A stretch of 64,000 nucleotides of DNA, from NCBI RefSeq assembly GCF_036321535.1, contig NC_087438.1, forward strand, positions 12,650,001 through 12,714,000, given 5' to 3'. The stretch is from Camelus dromedarius. Lineage: Eukaryota. Every line of letters starts with the position of its first letter. Position 1 is the first letter of the stretch. The notes below the pieces were generated by a model. The model saw nothing but the letters and a program-made list of their open reading frames with translations, did no database searches and was not told the DNA's origin. The position numbers were made by a program, and so were the translations under genes. Positions 13,544 to 25,730 of the stretch are shown here, in pieces.

Positions 13544-14633
13544 TTTATTTTATGGCCGTGTTAAATTTATCACTTGGCATTTTATAGCGTATATATATAT
13601 ATAGAACACTTTCCAACTGTGTCGTCTCTTGAACCCTTGAGGCCGCAGTCACAGCAGTCCTGAAATGTGATCTCTTTCCTTGTTGACTGCACCCCTGGTT
13701 TCTACCCACCATGGCCAGTGGGGCAGGTCGGGGAGGGGCCTGTAGGTAGAGCAAAAGTTATCCAACTCATACAAGGAGGCCCTGACCCCCATGTGGCTCA
13801 GCTGGGCCTTGGAGAGCACAAAGTCACCACATCAATTGGAGGCAAGAGAAGACATGGACTAGAAGGGCCTGCTGACGTGGTAGAGCAACAGTCTCACCTC
13901 CTGCTTGGAGCAGATGGGTGTGGCCGCCCCCAAGGACTGTGTCACATGTGGTGCAGAGCCTGCGGAGCGATGAGGTAACTGCCCTGAGTGCCCGCAGCAG
14001 GGGGTGCCATTTTGGGTGCTGAAAACTAGAGGCAGCAGCACGGGGGAAGCATGGTGGGTGACTCGGGATGCAGGAGACCACATATGCAGTTCAAACTCAA
14101 GGGTGGGCTGTAGGCTTTTGGGAGCCCAGAGTTCTGAACTCATCCTGTGTCCATGTGACTCAGAATCACTCAAAATCTGAGTGTCAGCACCCTTCCAGTG
14201 TAGCCCAGTCTCACCCCATCCCATGAAAGCAGTTCTGTGCCTGTCAGCACTTTGGGAGTAGTACAATTGGTGAGCAGCACTCACCAGCTTGCCTTCTGGA
14301 AACTGCAGCCCAACTCCAGGGCCTTAGGATGACCCTGCAGGCACAAGCTTTAGAGCAAATCAGGGCACCGAATCCACTCCATGCACAAGATGGAGGGTTG
14401 GAGAGAATCTAAAGGAGAGAAACAGAGACTGGGCACATGCCGCCCTCCGCCCAGGCTCAGGGCCACCAGACAATGCTGCCAGCTCCAGTCAAGCCCCAGC
14501 ACCAGGGCAGTGCGGGTAGAGTCGTCAAAATTTCATGGAAGGCACAGGGGAGTGCAGGGCTCTGAGGCACAGGGATCCAGGCAGGAGTCCACCTTACCTG
14601 GGTCTGAGGTTAGTATTACCTTCTGTTTGTTAC
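13544..14633 (-). pseudogene. Intron-containing (unprocessed) pseudogene relic, 3' exons of an unidentified gene
   Basis: Exons 14598-14633, 14285-14408 and 13649-14018 (alternative acceptor at 14025) with GT-AG sites and compatible phases; in-frame stops at 14350, 13859 and 13832; terminal TGA at 13649; AATAAA at 13544-13549; GC-rich. Confidence 0.65.
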
Positions 14634-14986
14634 CTGAGAAAAAGGGAGTGAAGAGAATAAAACAAGAGGATAGATTTGGAAGGGATGAGGTAAAGTGTGA
14701 ACTGTTCTTGCAAGTCTGAGTCCTGAGATTGACTCTTATTTAAGGGATTGAAAAGTATTTAACCAAAGAATTTAATTCATAAACAACAACAATAACAATA
14801 ACAAAAAAAAAAGCTCTTACAGTGAAAGTTCAACAATTCTGCACTGGAAGGAGAAAATGCTATACAGGACATTATTAGGTCAACTGACTGAATTAGAACA
14901 TGGCTGGTAGATTAAATAAAATTATTGTGTCAGTGTGACTGTATGAAGTTGGTAACTGTACAGTGGTTATGTAAGAGACTATTCCT

Positions 14987-15144
14987 GGGGGGGAGGGTAT
15001 AGCTTGGTGGTAGAACACATGCATAGGATGTGTGGGGTCTTGGGTTCAATCCCCAGTACCTCTGTTAAAATAAATAAGTAAATAAGCTTAATTACCTCCC
15101 TCCAAAACAAAAACAAAAACAAACCAAATAAAATAAAAAAAAAA
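14987..15144 (+). mobile_element. Camelid tRNA-Ala-derived SINE (vic-1 type)
   Basis: ggggagggtatagcttggtggtag...gggttcaatccccagtacctc head with A and B boxes, aataaa-rich body and A-rich tail. Confidence 0.85.
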
Positions 15145-15217
15145 GAGAGAAGTTTCCTTTACTTGGGAGGCATACTCTAAAGTATTTAGAGGTAAGAACC
15201 ATGTTCAGAAAAAAAGA

Positions 15218-15254
<37 letters not shown>

Positions 15255-15290
15255 TCAACTATTATCCATCTATCTATTTATCTGTCTGTC

Positions 15291-15632
15291 TGTCTTAGTT
15301 CTATAGGCCGCTATAACAAACTACCATAAACAAATTAAATAACAAAGCTCTGTTTCTCACAGCTCTGGAGGCTGGAAGTCTGAGATGAAGATGCAGGCCT
15401 GGCGGGGTCCTTGGTGAGGTCTTTTGCCCTGGTTTACAGCTCTGTTCTCACATGGCAGAAAACAAGCCAGCTGATTTTCTGGCCTCTTCTTATTAGGGCA
15501 CTAATCCCATCTGTGAGGGCTCCACTCTGATGACCTAATTACTTCCCAAAGGTCTCACCTCCAAATACCATAATTTGGGATTATGGTTTTAATATACAGA
15601 TTTGGAGGGGGGCACAGGCATTCACTCATTGC
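15291..15632 (-). mobile_element. MLT1 (A/B-type) MaLR solo LTR
   Basis: tgtcttagtt...gctataacaaactacca...ctcacagctctggaggctggaagtctgagat...ggcactaatcccat...gacctaattacttcccaaagg. Confidence 0.85.
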
Positions 15633-15730
15633 TCTATCTATCCATCTACCATCAATCATCTGTCATCTATAGCAAATAGGGTAAACTTTTAACAACAGCA
15701 GACTCTGTGGAGAGTAAATAAGTGGCTTTG

Positions 15731-17342
15731 TGACTTAAAGAAATGGAAAGGCATCCCGTGCTCTTGGATTGGAAGAATTAATATTGTTAAAACGGCCATA
15801 TTATCCAAAGCAACCTACAGATTTAATGTGATCCCTATCAAATTACCCAGGACATTCTTCACAGAACTAGAACAAATAATCTTAAACTTTATATGGAATC
15901 ACAAAAAACTCAGAATTGCCAAAACCATCCTTAGGAAAAAGAACAAAGTTGGAGGCATAACTCTCCCACACTTCAGACAATACTACAAAGCTATAGTAAT
16001 CAAAACAGCAGTCAATTAATCTTTGACAAAGGAGCCAATAATATACAATGGAGAAAAGACAGGCTCTTAAGCAAGTGGTGTTGGGAAAGCTGGACAGCCA
16101 TGTAAATCAATGAAGTTAGAACATTCTGTCACACCATACACAAAAATAAACTCAAAATGGCTTAAAGCTCTAAATATAAGGCATAACACCATAAAACTCC
16201 TGGAAGAGAATGTAGGCAAAACATTCTCTGACATAAATCAAACCAATGTTTTCCTAGGTCAGTCTCCCAAGGCAATAGAAATAAAAGCAAAAATAAACAA
16301 ATGGGACCTAATCAAACTTAATAAGCTTTTGCACAGCAAAGGAAACCATAAACAAAATGAAAAGACAACCTACAGACTGGAAGGAAACATTTGCAAACCA
16401 TGTGACCAACAAAGGATTAATTGCCAAAATTTACAAACAGCTCATACAACTCAATAAAAACATACAACCTAGTCCAAAAATGGGCAGAAGACCTAAACAA
16501 AATTCTCCAATGAAGACATACAAATAGCCAATAAGCACATGTAAGATGCTCAACATTGCTAATTTAATCAAAACTACAATAGCTATCAGAATGGTCAGAA
16601 TGGTCATCAGTAAAAAGTCCACAAATGATAAATGCTGGAGAGGGTGTAGAGAAAAGGAAACACACCTACACTGTTGGTGGGAATTTAATTTGGTGCAACC
16701 ACTATGGAAATAGTACTTAAATAACTAAAAATAGCATTACCATATAATCCAGCAATCCCACTCCTGGGCACATATCCAGAGAAAACTCTAATTCGGAAAG
16801 ATACCTGCACCCTAATGTTTACAGCAGCACAATTTACAATAGCCAAGATATAGAAGCAACCTAAATGTCCATTGACAGATGACTGGATAAAGAAGATGTA
16901 TATGTAATAGAATATTACTCAGTCATAAAAAAAGAATGAAATAAGGCCATTTGCAGCAACATGGATGGACCTAGAGATGATCATAGTCAATCATAGACAA
17001 AGACAAATATCATATGGTATCTCTTATATGTGGAGTTTAAAATACAATACCAATGAACTTATTTACAAAACAGAAACAGACTCACAGACATAGAAAACAA
17101 ACTTTTGGTTACCAAAGAGGAAAGGCTGGAGGAGGGATAAATAAGGAGTTTGGAACTAGCAGATACAAACTACTCTATGTAAAATAGATATATAACAAGG
17201 ACCTACTGTATAGCAAAGGGAACTCTACTCAATATCTTGTAATAATTTATAATAAAAAATAATATGAAAAATATCTATGTATGTATAACTGAATGACTTT
17301 GCTGTACACCAGAAATGAATACAACATTGTAAATCAACTATA
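15731..17342 (+). mobile_element. 5'-truncated L1 (ORF2 C-terminal part and 3' UTR), disrupted
   Basis: Fragments [26 protein letters not shown] and [14 protein letters not shown] match L1 ORF2; frameshifted; no poly(A) tail. Confidence 0.95.
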
Positions 17343-17934
17343 GGAAGGTGATCTTTGTACTATTTATATTTTTTGCAATTTTTTATAACTTTGAAACAAT
17401 TTTCAAATAGAAAGTTAAAAAAAAAGTAACCACAACATAATGTATCAATTCTGGTAAAGTTAGACATTATAGTATTTCCTTTCCACTTCTTCTTTCTTTT
17501 CTTTCCCCCTTTCTTCCCCCTCCTCCTCATTCCCTGTCTCTCTGTCTCTACCTCTTTCTGTCTCTCTCATCCCCCTTCCCTTTCTCCCTCCTTCTGTCCT
17601 TCCTTCTGTATCATACAGATGAATACAGTTAGGGAACGTTTGGCTTACTGACATGTTCTACAGACTGAAATAATTTTAGATTAAAGAATTAAAGGAAAAC
17701 ATTGGCTAGATCCAGGATAGGTGCTGTGCCTGGGAGAAATGGCAACAGAGATACAAGATGAGGTAAGGTGATCCAGAACTCGTCTTTGGTTGTCCATAGC
17801 TTGAGTAAAATAATCATGATAATGGCTATACCTTTACAAAATTTACAGGAAAATCCCTGCTTTATTTTGATTTTAAAAGTGACCATATGTCTACACCAAA
17901 ATTTGTCAGGGTGTCGTAGAGGTTAGTAATGAGG

Positions 17935-18035
17935 GCTGAACCTGAATTTAAACCCAGCCTTTTCCATTTACCACCTGGTTGATATTGGACAAACTGCTTA
18001 ACTTTTTTGTTCCTCAGATTCCTCATCTCTTTTTA
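17935..18035 (+). mobile_element. MIR fragment
   Basis: acctgaatttaaacccagc...ttggacaaactgcttaac...cctcagattcctcatct. Confidence 0.65.
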
Positions 18036-19579
18036 AAGTTTTTAGAAAAAATGGCAATAAATGCTTCAACATTAGCTATTACTAGTCTCAATCTTAATAA
18101 TATTTGTAGATGATGTAGTATTTTTAACCATATATTATAAGATGTCATCAGTTTTGGAAATAACTTTTGCACAAGCCTGTGGAAATAGAGGGAAAAGGAA
18201 GAAGTCAACAATTCACTCCCCGGTTCTGCTCTGATCCATCTCTTTGTAGGTCAGGTGGAATGTGGGACACGCTACTATTGAGATGGACTTTGCAGATTTC
18301 AAAGGGAACAATAGGATCCCAGAATAGCAGAGGTCAGGTGGCAGCACGTATTTGCTTATTTTTATCACAATAATAGATGCTGGATGGTTAGTTTTCGCCT
18401 GTTTATTTCCCATGCTGATGGGCTGTGTTTATTTTGTTGAGATGGGGGCTCAAATTGAACACAACACTCTTTGCCTTGTTATTTTCGATGGATAATGTTA
18501 CCAGTCTTGCCCATCTACAAGTGGAGATGGCTTGTCAGTCCAGTGGGGCTCCATATACACTAAGTACAACCACATTTTATTGGTGGATCTTTTCCAGGTT
18601 GCTTGCTTGGTGCTTTTCAAAATGCGCTGAGTAGCTGTTTGGGATTTGTCTCTGCTGACTCCACTGGGCTCAGTTTCAAATCTCTCCTAATCCACTAATG
18701 AACCTTTATTAAAGTGGGAGAGAGGTTGAATCAGTCTTTGGACACATTATTAAAATAAAGTTGGAGCAGTGAAAAGATGAAAAGAGAACAATAAAGGAAC
18801 ACTTGATCTCCCTTCCATATCCTAGTCAGTCTTTTTAAATCTGATTTTTTTTGAGAAATGTCAATATTAGTAGGTTAATTTTTATTAGTCTTTAATTTTA
18901 TTTTTCAAGGCAGCTCTATGAAGAGATGCTCATTCATCAAACTTTCCCCGTTTTTGCTCTTTTGTGATTTAAAGTTCAGGTTGAATAGGTTGATTGCCCA
19001 TGAGAATTTAAATGATTAAGTAAGCAACGAAATGCCAACCTTATATTATTCTGAAAAAGTGTCTGCTTGATCAGTTATTATGAAGCACCCTGATGGTTAT
19101 TACTGCCTTGGTCCCAATTCCTCTGCTACCCACTCATGGTTCCCTGTGTCTAGGACACCCTGAGTCTATAATGACTTATGCTGAACTGCAAAGGAATCAC
19201 CATGTACCTTTTCAAAGATGTCCACTCATCCTTAAAGTCACAAATCAAGGAAGAGATGGCTTCCAGATATGCAATTCAACTTCTGACACCAGACAGCCTT
19301 TATTCTGAAATGTCTCTGTTTTTCTATTAAAATTGTTCACAACTTCTGCTGGTTACTTACTCAAATCTTGGGCAAACAACTTGTGTTGGACCAGGGGGTG
19401 CACTGATGAATGTTTCAGAATTCCTGGCCTCCCAAGGAACTTGCATTCTGCCACGTAATTTATTTTATAAGAGGAAGTAATAATAATTTTTAGTCATTGA
19501 ATTAAAAGAGAAAACCTCAATGAAGCATAATATTGTGTTTAGTACTTGTTTTTGTCAGTTCCCATTTCTTCATTAGCTT

Positions 19580-19703
19580 ATTTTTGGGGGGGGGTATAGT
19601 TAAGTTTATTTATTTATTTATTATTTTTAATGGCAGTACTGGGATTGAACCAAGGACCTCATACATGCTGAGCATGGGCTCTACCATTGAGCTGTACCCT
19701 CCC
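19580..19703 (-). mobile_element. Camelid tRNA-Ala-derived SINE (vic-1 type)
   Basis: gtactgggattgaaccaaggacctc...ctctaccattgagctgtaccctccc; degenerate TSD cattagctt / cattaactt. Confidence 0.9.
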
Positions 19704-20254
19704 TACTACATTAACTTCTTAACTGGGGGAAAAATGGCCATTACACAAATCTATTTTCAAATTTAGCCGTGGGTATTTGATTTCTCCTTCTCTATCTATA
19801 TATTTTTATCTCTCCTCTTTCTTTCTCTACATCTGTATCTTTATTTTTATATATATATCTTTAGATCTGTATCTGTATCTATATATAGATACATATAGAT
19901 AACATATATCTGTCTTCATCTCTGTCTGTGTATGTAGATATTTGTTATTTCTTTTGGATGAGCTGTATTGTTTATCCATGAGAAGCTGCTAATTAAATCA
20001 ATACTTTTTCTTGTCCTAACTTAAAATTATATAGCATTTGATACTTGAAAGAATGCTTTTGTAATACATTATCTCATATAATCTTTACTGGGAAAAATGA
20101 TTATCTTCAAATGAGAAAATAGTGGCTCAGAGAAGTCATTTGTTTAAAGTCAGAAAGCTAGTTAGTCATCTTAGAGATCAGCTGTCTGTCTAAAATCAGC
20201 AAGCTAGTTAATGATGACACTGAAGTATAAAGAAAATGGTTAATTGTCTTTCTA

Positions 20255-20890
20255 TTTCATGTATTTGTTCTATAAATAGTTGTTGAGTCCTTCTGTACAC
20301 TAGGTATTATTCTTGATGTTGGGATTCAGTGGTGAGCAAAAGAGAGGAAATCTCTTGGCTTTGTAGAGCTTACATTCTGGTGAGGGAGACAAGAAAGAAA
20401 TCACACTATGTAGAACATAAGAAGGTGATAAGGAAGCTGTAGGAAGAAACTGAGCAGGATGGGGATAAGGAGTCTTGGAGAGTCATGGTTTATAAGTTAA
20501 GATAAGAGGGTCATAAAGGGAAGGAGATATTTGGGAAGTGATTTAAAAGAGGCGTGAGAACAAGTCACAGTTGAATCTGGAGGGATAGCAGGAGGAATGA
20601 ACAGTGCAAAGGCACTGAGGCAGCAGTGAGCCACATGTGGTTGGAACAGCATGGAAAAGGGTTCCATTGGGAGGTAAGATCTGAGATGTGAGGTGTTGGG
20701 GGGTAGGGGCAGGTGAAGGTGTGGGCTCAGCAGAGGGTGCTGGCCCTGGAGGCCACCATAAGGACTTTCCTTCTTCTCTGGGTGATATTGAGGTCCGTTG
20801 GGTGGTTTGAGCAGAGGAGTAAACATGCTTTATTATCTGGCTTATTTTAAAAAGGATCATTCTACTAAATGCCTTGAGAAAAAAACAGCA
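20255..20890 (-). mobile_element. L2 (L2a-like) 3' region
   Basis: ttgagtccttctgtacactagg...tagagcttacattctggtgagggagac...aacagtgcaaaggcactgaggcag...tttgagcagaggagt...aaaggatcattct. Confidence 0.8.
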
Positions 20891-23739
20891 GGAGGGCATA
20901 GGTGGTCACAGGGGATCCCAGTTGTAAAGGTTTTGTAAACTGGGCATATGTCCAAGGAGCAGTGGACGTATGCTCTCAAGTTCTGTAGTCTAGCTGGGGC
21001 TTTTTCCACAAACTGTTGGGGGATCTTGAGACAATTACTTAATGTTTCACTAGAAACGGAAATAAAACTCAACAGTTAGAAAATGAGCCAATTTCCTCTT
21101 ACTCCCTATGATTTGTAGCCTGCTAGGATCCCTGAGTTTGGTTTTCTTTTCACTTTCTAATGCCAGAGTGTGTGTCTGCTCACCCCACCTCCATCCTCAC
21201 GGGCTGTTTATTATCAGCTCTGACTTCCCTTCCTGACCTTCCTCATCACATGCGCAAGACGAGAGGCCATGGACAATGGCCGTGCTAGGCCCTGAGTCAT
21301 TCTGGAGTTGTAGGTTGCAACCCACAGCCTACGCCTTTCATTAAAGCAGTCAAAACGGAGTTTAGAGATATTTTAAAGGTTAAAAAAAAAGCAACTTGAA
21401 CAACCTACCTAATCACTGAAGTATTTCATATTGCAGAATTTATAGTCACCGTGGAAGACAGACCACTGTGCCGGAGTTCTGGGACTGGGCTATGCCATGT
21501 GCATCCGTGTATCAGCTCTGTTTTGGTTTCATTTCACTTTAGTTATTTGATTGGGTGTCTGCAAAAGCCCGTGTGCACATTTTTATGAGCCTTGGGACAA
21601 TTTACTGCCAAGCTTGCCTGAACTCTAAAATATGCTTCTAGTTTCTGAGAACCACAAATTATTTACCAAATAAGCAAGGAAATAGAGGTCATTGAGTTCA
21701 CTTCTTACATAATTTTAAACTTCCTTTCTGAGTACTGACATCTCCCAGCAGTCAGAGTGATGTGTTTTCAGGCAGAGTCAATAACAAAGCGGAAGGACTA
21801 GGAAGTGATAAAAGGGCTAACTGCTATCCTGCTCTGTTTGCTTGCTCTTGATGCTAAATGCCAAGAATCAAAGCTAGAATAGTGGAAGGTACATAGAAAA
21901 GAATCCTTCCTTTTCAATTTTATTGTGTTTATAGAGTTGAGCAGGAAATGCTGATAATACTCTATCTTGTGGGAAGTAAATTTATTTAAGGTGAAAAATA
22001 AGTACTTCCCTAAAAGAATAAGTAATCATTAAAATGGAATTAGAAAGCAGTATAGAAAGTAAATCTTCCGAACACGAACTGGTGTCAGTTTCTTCCAAGC
22101 TATTTCAAGAGTGACTGCACATAACTAGCAAATATATTCAGCAGAAAAAAGAAAGAGTGATGATGAAAGGGTGATTCTATGAAATGTAAGGGGAATAAGT
22201 AATGACCTTCGATCAAATGAACAGGATAAAGAAGGAGGGAGTGATAAGTCCTGTGTCTAGTTTGGAACGATGATAACTCAGTTGAGTGAAGTGGGAAGAT
22301 AAGCATAGATAGTTTGAAAGTTAGGAATTTCTTGATAGTTGGCAAATTTCTTATTGTGTAGATTTACGTATGATAGATAGTACATGGGTCCATCCAAAGG
22401 AGCTAGGACAAAATGTCACTTTTTTTTGGGGGGGGGGATCCTTTCCCTTCAAATTTTATCTTTTTTTTTTCTTCCTTAGAGGGCAGAGGAATGAGAGGTA
22501 CTGGGTGCTGGTGGGTCATTTACCTTGGAGATTCCCCTACTATGAAAGAAATAGCTTGTAGAGCCAGCAGAGACCTCTCCCTGGGGCATTCTCCAATTTG
22601 TGAATTGAGTTTTTGGAGATGAGAGACCAGATGTTTTCATGACATCAGCAGGGTGTATTGAATCAAGGATAGGACCCAGAAAGAAATTCAGTGACTGAGA
22701 GTAGGGGGCAAGATTCCCAACTGAATTTAGCTATAATTTCAGATGCAGAGAGAAGAGTGCTCCAGAAAGCATTGTTCCAAGGATATTATAAGTTATAAAA
22801 TTCCTTCATGTTTATGATTTTAATTATCCCTGTTTCCCAAAGTGACCAGCAAAAAGAAGGAAATGGATGTGTTTGCCAGAAATTGGAAGGACTATATCCA
22901 ATTTCACAGCCAGGCTTGTGGCTGGGGAGGGGATGGTGCAATTCAAAGAAGGGAGAGGGGCTGGCAGTTTCTAGGAGGAGAAGGTAGGAGAGGAGAGCAG
23001 ATTTGGTCCATGATAAAAAGACTCATTGGGAACCCAGGCTAATTCCATTGGGATCTATAACACTCCAGACAAAATCCAGAAGAAAAAAGGAGTTGAAATG
23101 GACCTACAGATATTGAACTGTCAGAAATGATTTACATAATGGAAGTTCAGGCTATGAATAAGTTCACTTTTACATATATGTATGACCTATGTAAAGTATG
23201 TGCGTTTCATATCCATGGTGGTCTCTGTAAAGACTCTTCAATAATGCCTGGCACCTGTTAAGGGCTCAATAAATGTTGACTCTTTACCTCTGAGTCCACC
23301 CACAATTTGTGCCCGATTCTCTATTTTTCTGGTACTGTGAGCAACCTTTAGCCAAGCTTTCTAAAATGTAATTCTGTCCTTTCTAAAGCAAATGCATGAA
23401 GTAAGAGTTAAGACTCTGTATTCTTGACTCTATATCTTTGGAATTACTTTCTCAGTGTTCCAATGTACTCATATTGGTCAGGCATGGAGATTCTTCTTGC
23501 AAATGGTTTTATTTATTTCAATTATAGGACAATTTTAAACAAATGGTTTCTATTATTTCTGAAAAGCTGCTAAAATAGTCAAACAATAAATACAATTTAT
23601 GCATCTTTCATTTTTGCTTTGAAGTTATAGAATTTAATTTCTCTTTTAAAATTAACAGGATTAAAAAATAATTTGTAGCACATTCCATTTGAGTTTAAAA
23701 TAAGATCTTTAGTACAGTGATCATCTCGACCACCTGAAT

Positions 23740-25345
23740 TATGGTCAATCTATTGTCTTCCGCAGTTTGATTTTGATGGAACTAGTTATGGTTTTTTTTG
23801 TTCTGTTTGGGGTTAGTTGAAATTCTTGAATGTGAGGGCTTCTTTCTTTAAGATCTTTGGAAAAGACTTGACCATGTTTTCTTCATATATTTTTCCTGCT
23901 CTACTCTTTCTTTATTCTTCTTCAGTTAACTCCAATAATAAGGATGCAAAATTTTGCCCTATGATCTGCATAAGATCCATATGTGTATTTTTATGTTCTC
24001 TGTGCTGAAGTCAAATATTTTAGACTAATCTGTCTTTGGGATCATGTAATAAATCTTCTGCTGTGCTGTTAAACTCATCCAATGAGTTATTATTAATTTC
24101 ATATAGAATATCTTTCAATCTTAGAATAATGATTTTTATGGATTCCAATTCTTTAATGAAATTCCACATCCTTTCATTATTTTGTCTATATTTTCTTTCA
24201 ATTTCTTTAACCCATTAATCATTATATCAAAGTCTTTGGATGCTAACTACAGTGTCCATTTTTTTTTTAATTTGCATTTGCATCTGTTGTCTGTTCCACT
24301 TGGTTATTGGTCACTCTTTCCTACCTCTTTTCATGTCAGTGATTTATTAGTCTATGGCAAACGTTATATACAGTGCCAGTGTCCAAGCTCTGTATGGCGC
24401 TGCTTCTGGCAGACAAGGTGAGGAGCTGATCACTCCACTCCACAGGGCCTGAGCTGAGTCAGGGACAGGCATCTTAGTAAGACTCCTTCCACCTCTAGCT
24501 CTGCCTTTCCCCTTAGGCCTGTCTCTCCTGAACTTCTGACTGCGAGCTCTGACAGACTGTGGGAGATTAAGTCTATCCTTTAGTATCTTGCCACACACTG
24601 CTTCCAAATTTGATGGATGTCTTGGGGAGACTGGTGATGGTTCTGAGCCAGGCCCATTTTCTTAAGTGGGGCTTTTTCTCTTACTTATTATGGGAATACT
24701 GGAGATTTTAGTCTCCCTTACTGAAGTTTTCAAACCTTATGCTCAGCCCCAGAATTCAGCAAAATGCTATGGGCCAAACTAACCAAGCATTTACGGATGC
24801 TTTAGTTTCCAAATCATTGTGGTCCCTTATTTGAATGCCAAAATATTGGCTGGTCTCTCTTTGCTGTCTTACGATCCTTCTGTGTGGCCCGGGTCTTACC
24901 CTCAGATTGCAGTTAGAATCAGCAAGTGCTTCAGGGAAGAAAATAGCCCTTGATAGGCAACTCACCTTCACAAAGCTCTCTGCTCCTCTGTTGAATTTTT
25001 GTTCATTTATTTCTATTTATTTCCACAATCTCTGATCTCTTATTTTCTTTTAAATTTTTTTCTTTTTTCTTTTTTTTTAAATTGAAGTATACTCAGTTCA
25101 CAATGTTGTGTACATCAGTTTCTGGTGTACAGCGTAATGTTTCAGTCATACATATACATATATTTATTTTCATATTCTTTTCCATTATAGGTTACTATAA
25201 TGTATCAAATATAGTTCCTTGTACTATACAGAAGAAGTCTCTGATCTCTTTAAATGTGATTTTTGAAATCAATTTATACTTTTTAGTTGACGCAAGAATG
25301 TGTTCTGCTGCAATCAATTGCATTCTACCTGAAACCGGAAGTCCC
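23740..25345 (-). mobile_element. Ancient L1M 5'/ORF1 region, degraded
   Basis: T-rich antisense ORF1-like sequence ending in ccggaagtc, typical of old L1 5' termini. Confidence 0.55.
25042..25237 (-). mobile_element. Young 5'-truncated L1 3' end with perfect 13-bp TSD
   Basis: TSD tctctgatctctt at 25029-25041 and 25238-25250; T tail and attgaagtatactcagttcacaat terminus. Confidence 0.92.
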
Positions 25346-25534
25346 CCTGGAGTCAACTTTTAAGAACTTGGGGCAGCTATGTCCTTCCAACTTAATAGCC
25401 TATAAGGAGGTATTCACCTATTTTTCCAGGAGCTTCAGGTGAGACTATAACAAAGAAAAGTGTGGTTGTTTGTATGTGACAAGTAGAGTTTAAAAATTAC
25501 ATTTGCAGATCCTGAACTACAAATTTTTGTATCT

Positions 25535-25730
25535 GCAGATGCTACCATCTGTAAGTAGGTGAACAGCAAGGTCTTGCTGTGTAGCACAGGGAACAATATC
25601 CAAAACCTTGTAATAGCCTGTAATGAAAAAGACTATAAAAAGGAGTATGTATATAAAAAACAGAATCACTATGCTGTACATTAGAAATTATCACAATATT
25701 GTAAATTGATTATACTTCAATAAAAAATTA
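25535..25730 (+). mobile_element. L1 3' end
   Basis: aacagcaaggtcttgctgtgtagcacagggaac...gtaaattgattatacttcaataaaaaa. Confidence 0.88.

Larger units (their letters stand above)
14810..17425 (+). mobile_element. Old L1 (L1MC4/L1ME-like) 3' end split by three nested insertions
   Basis: Collinear pieces: ggacattattaggtcaactg...gtggttatgtaagaga; aagtatttagaggtaag; agcaaatagggtaaac; ctttgtactatt...tttcaaatagaaagttaaaaaa. Confidence 0.6.

Noticed and set aside
13667..13978. Plus-strand 103-aa ORF
   Set aside because: Codon-aligned antisense shadow of the minus-strand relic; splice and poly(A) signals favour the minus strand.
13859..14284. 141-aa minus ORF as a standalone CDS
   Set aside because: Its GTG start is the splice donor gtgagt and the first 260 nt or so appear intronic.
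15828..16457. L1 ORF2-like ORFs (also 32030-32711 and 4565-5032)
   Set aside because: Truncated, frameshifted retrotransposon remnants, not functional CDSs.
19208..19304. Second candidate relic exon (IAYLEAISSLICDFKDEWTSLK)
   Set aside because: Two stops, an incompatible end phase and only a 56-nt gap to the neighbouring candidate exon.
21293..21299. AP-1 site TGAGTCA in a moderately GC-rich patch
   Set aside because: A single 7-mer is insufficient evidence on its own.
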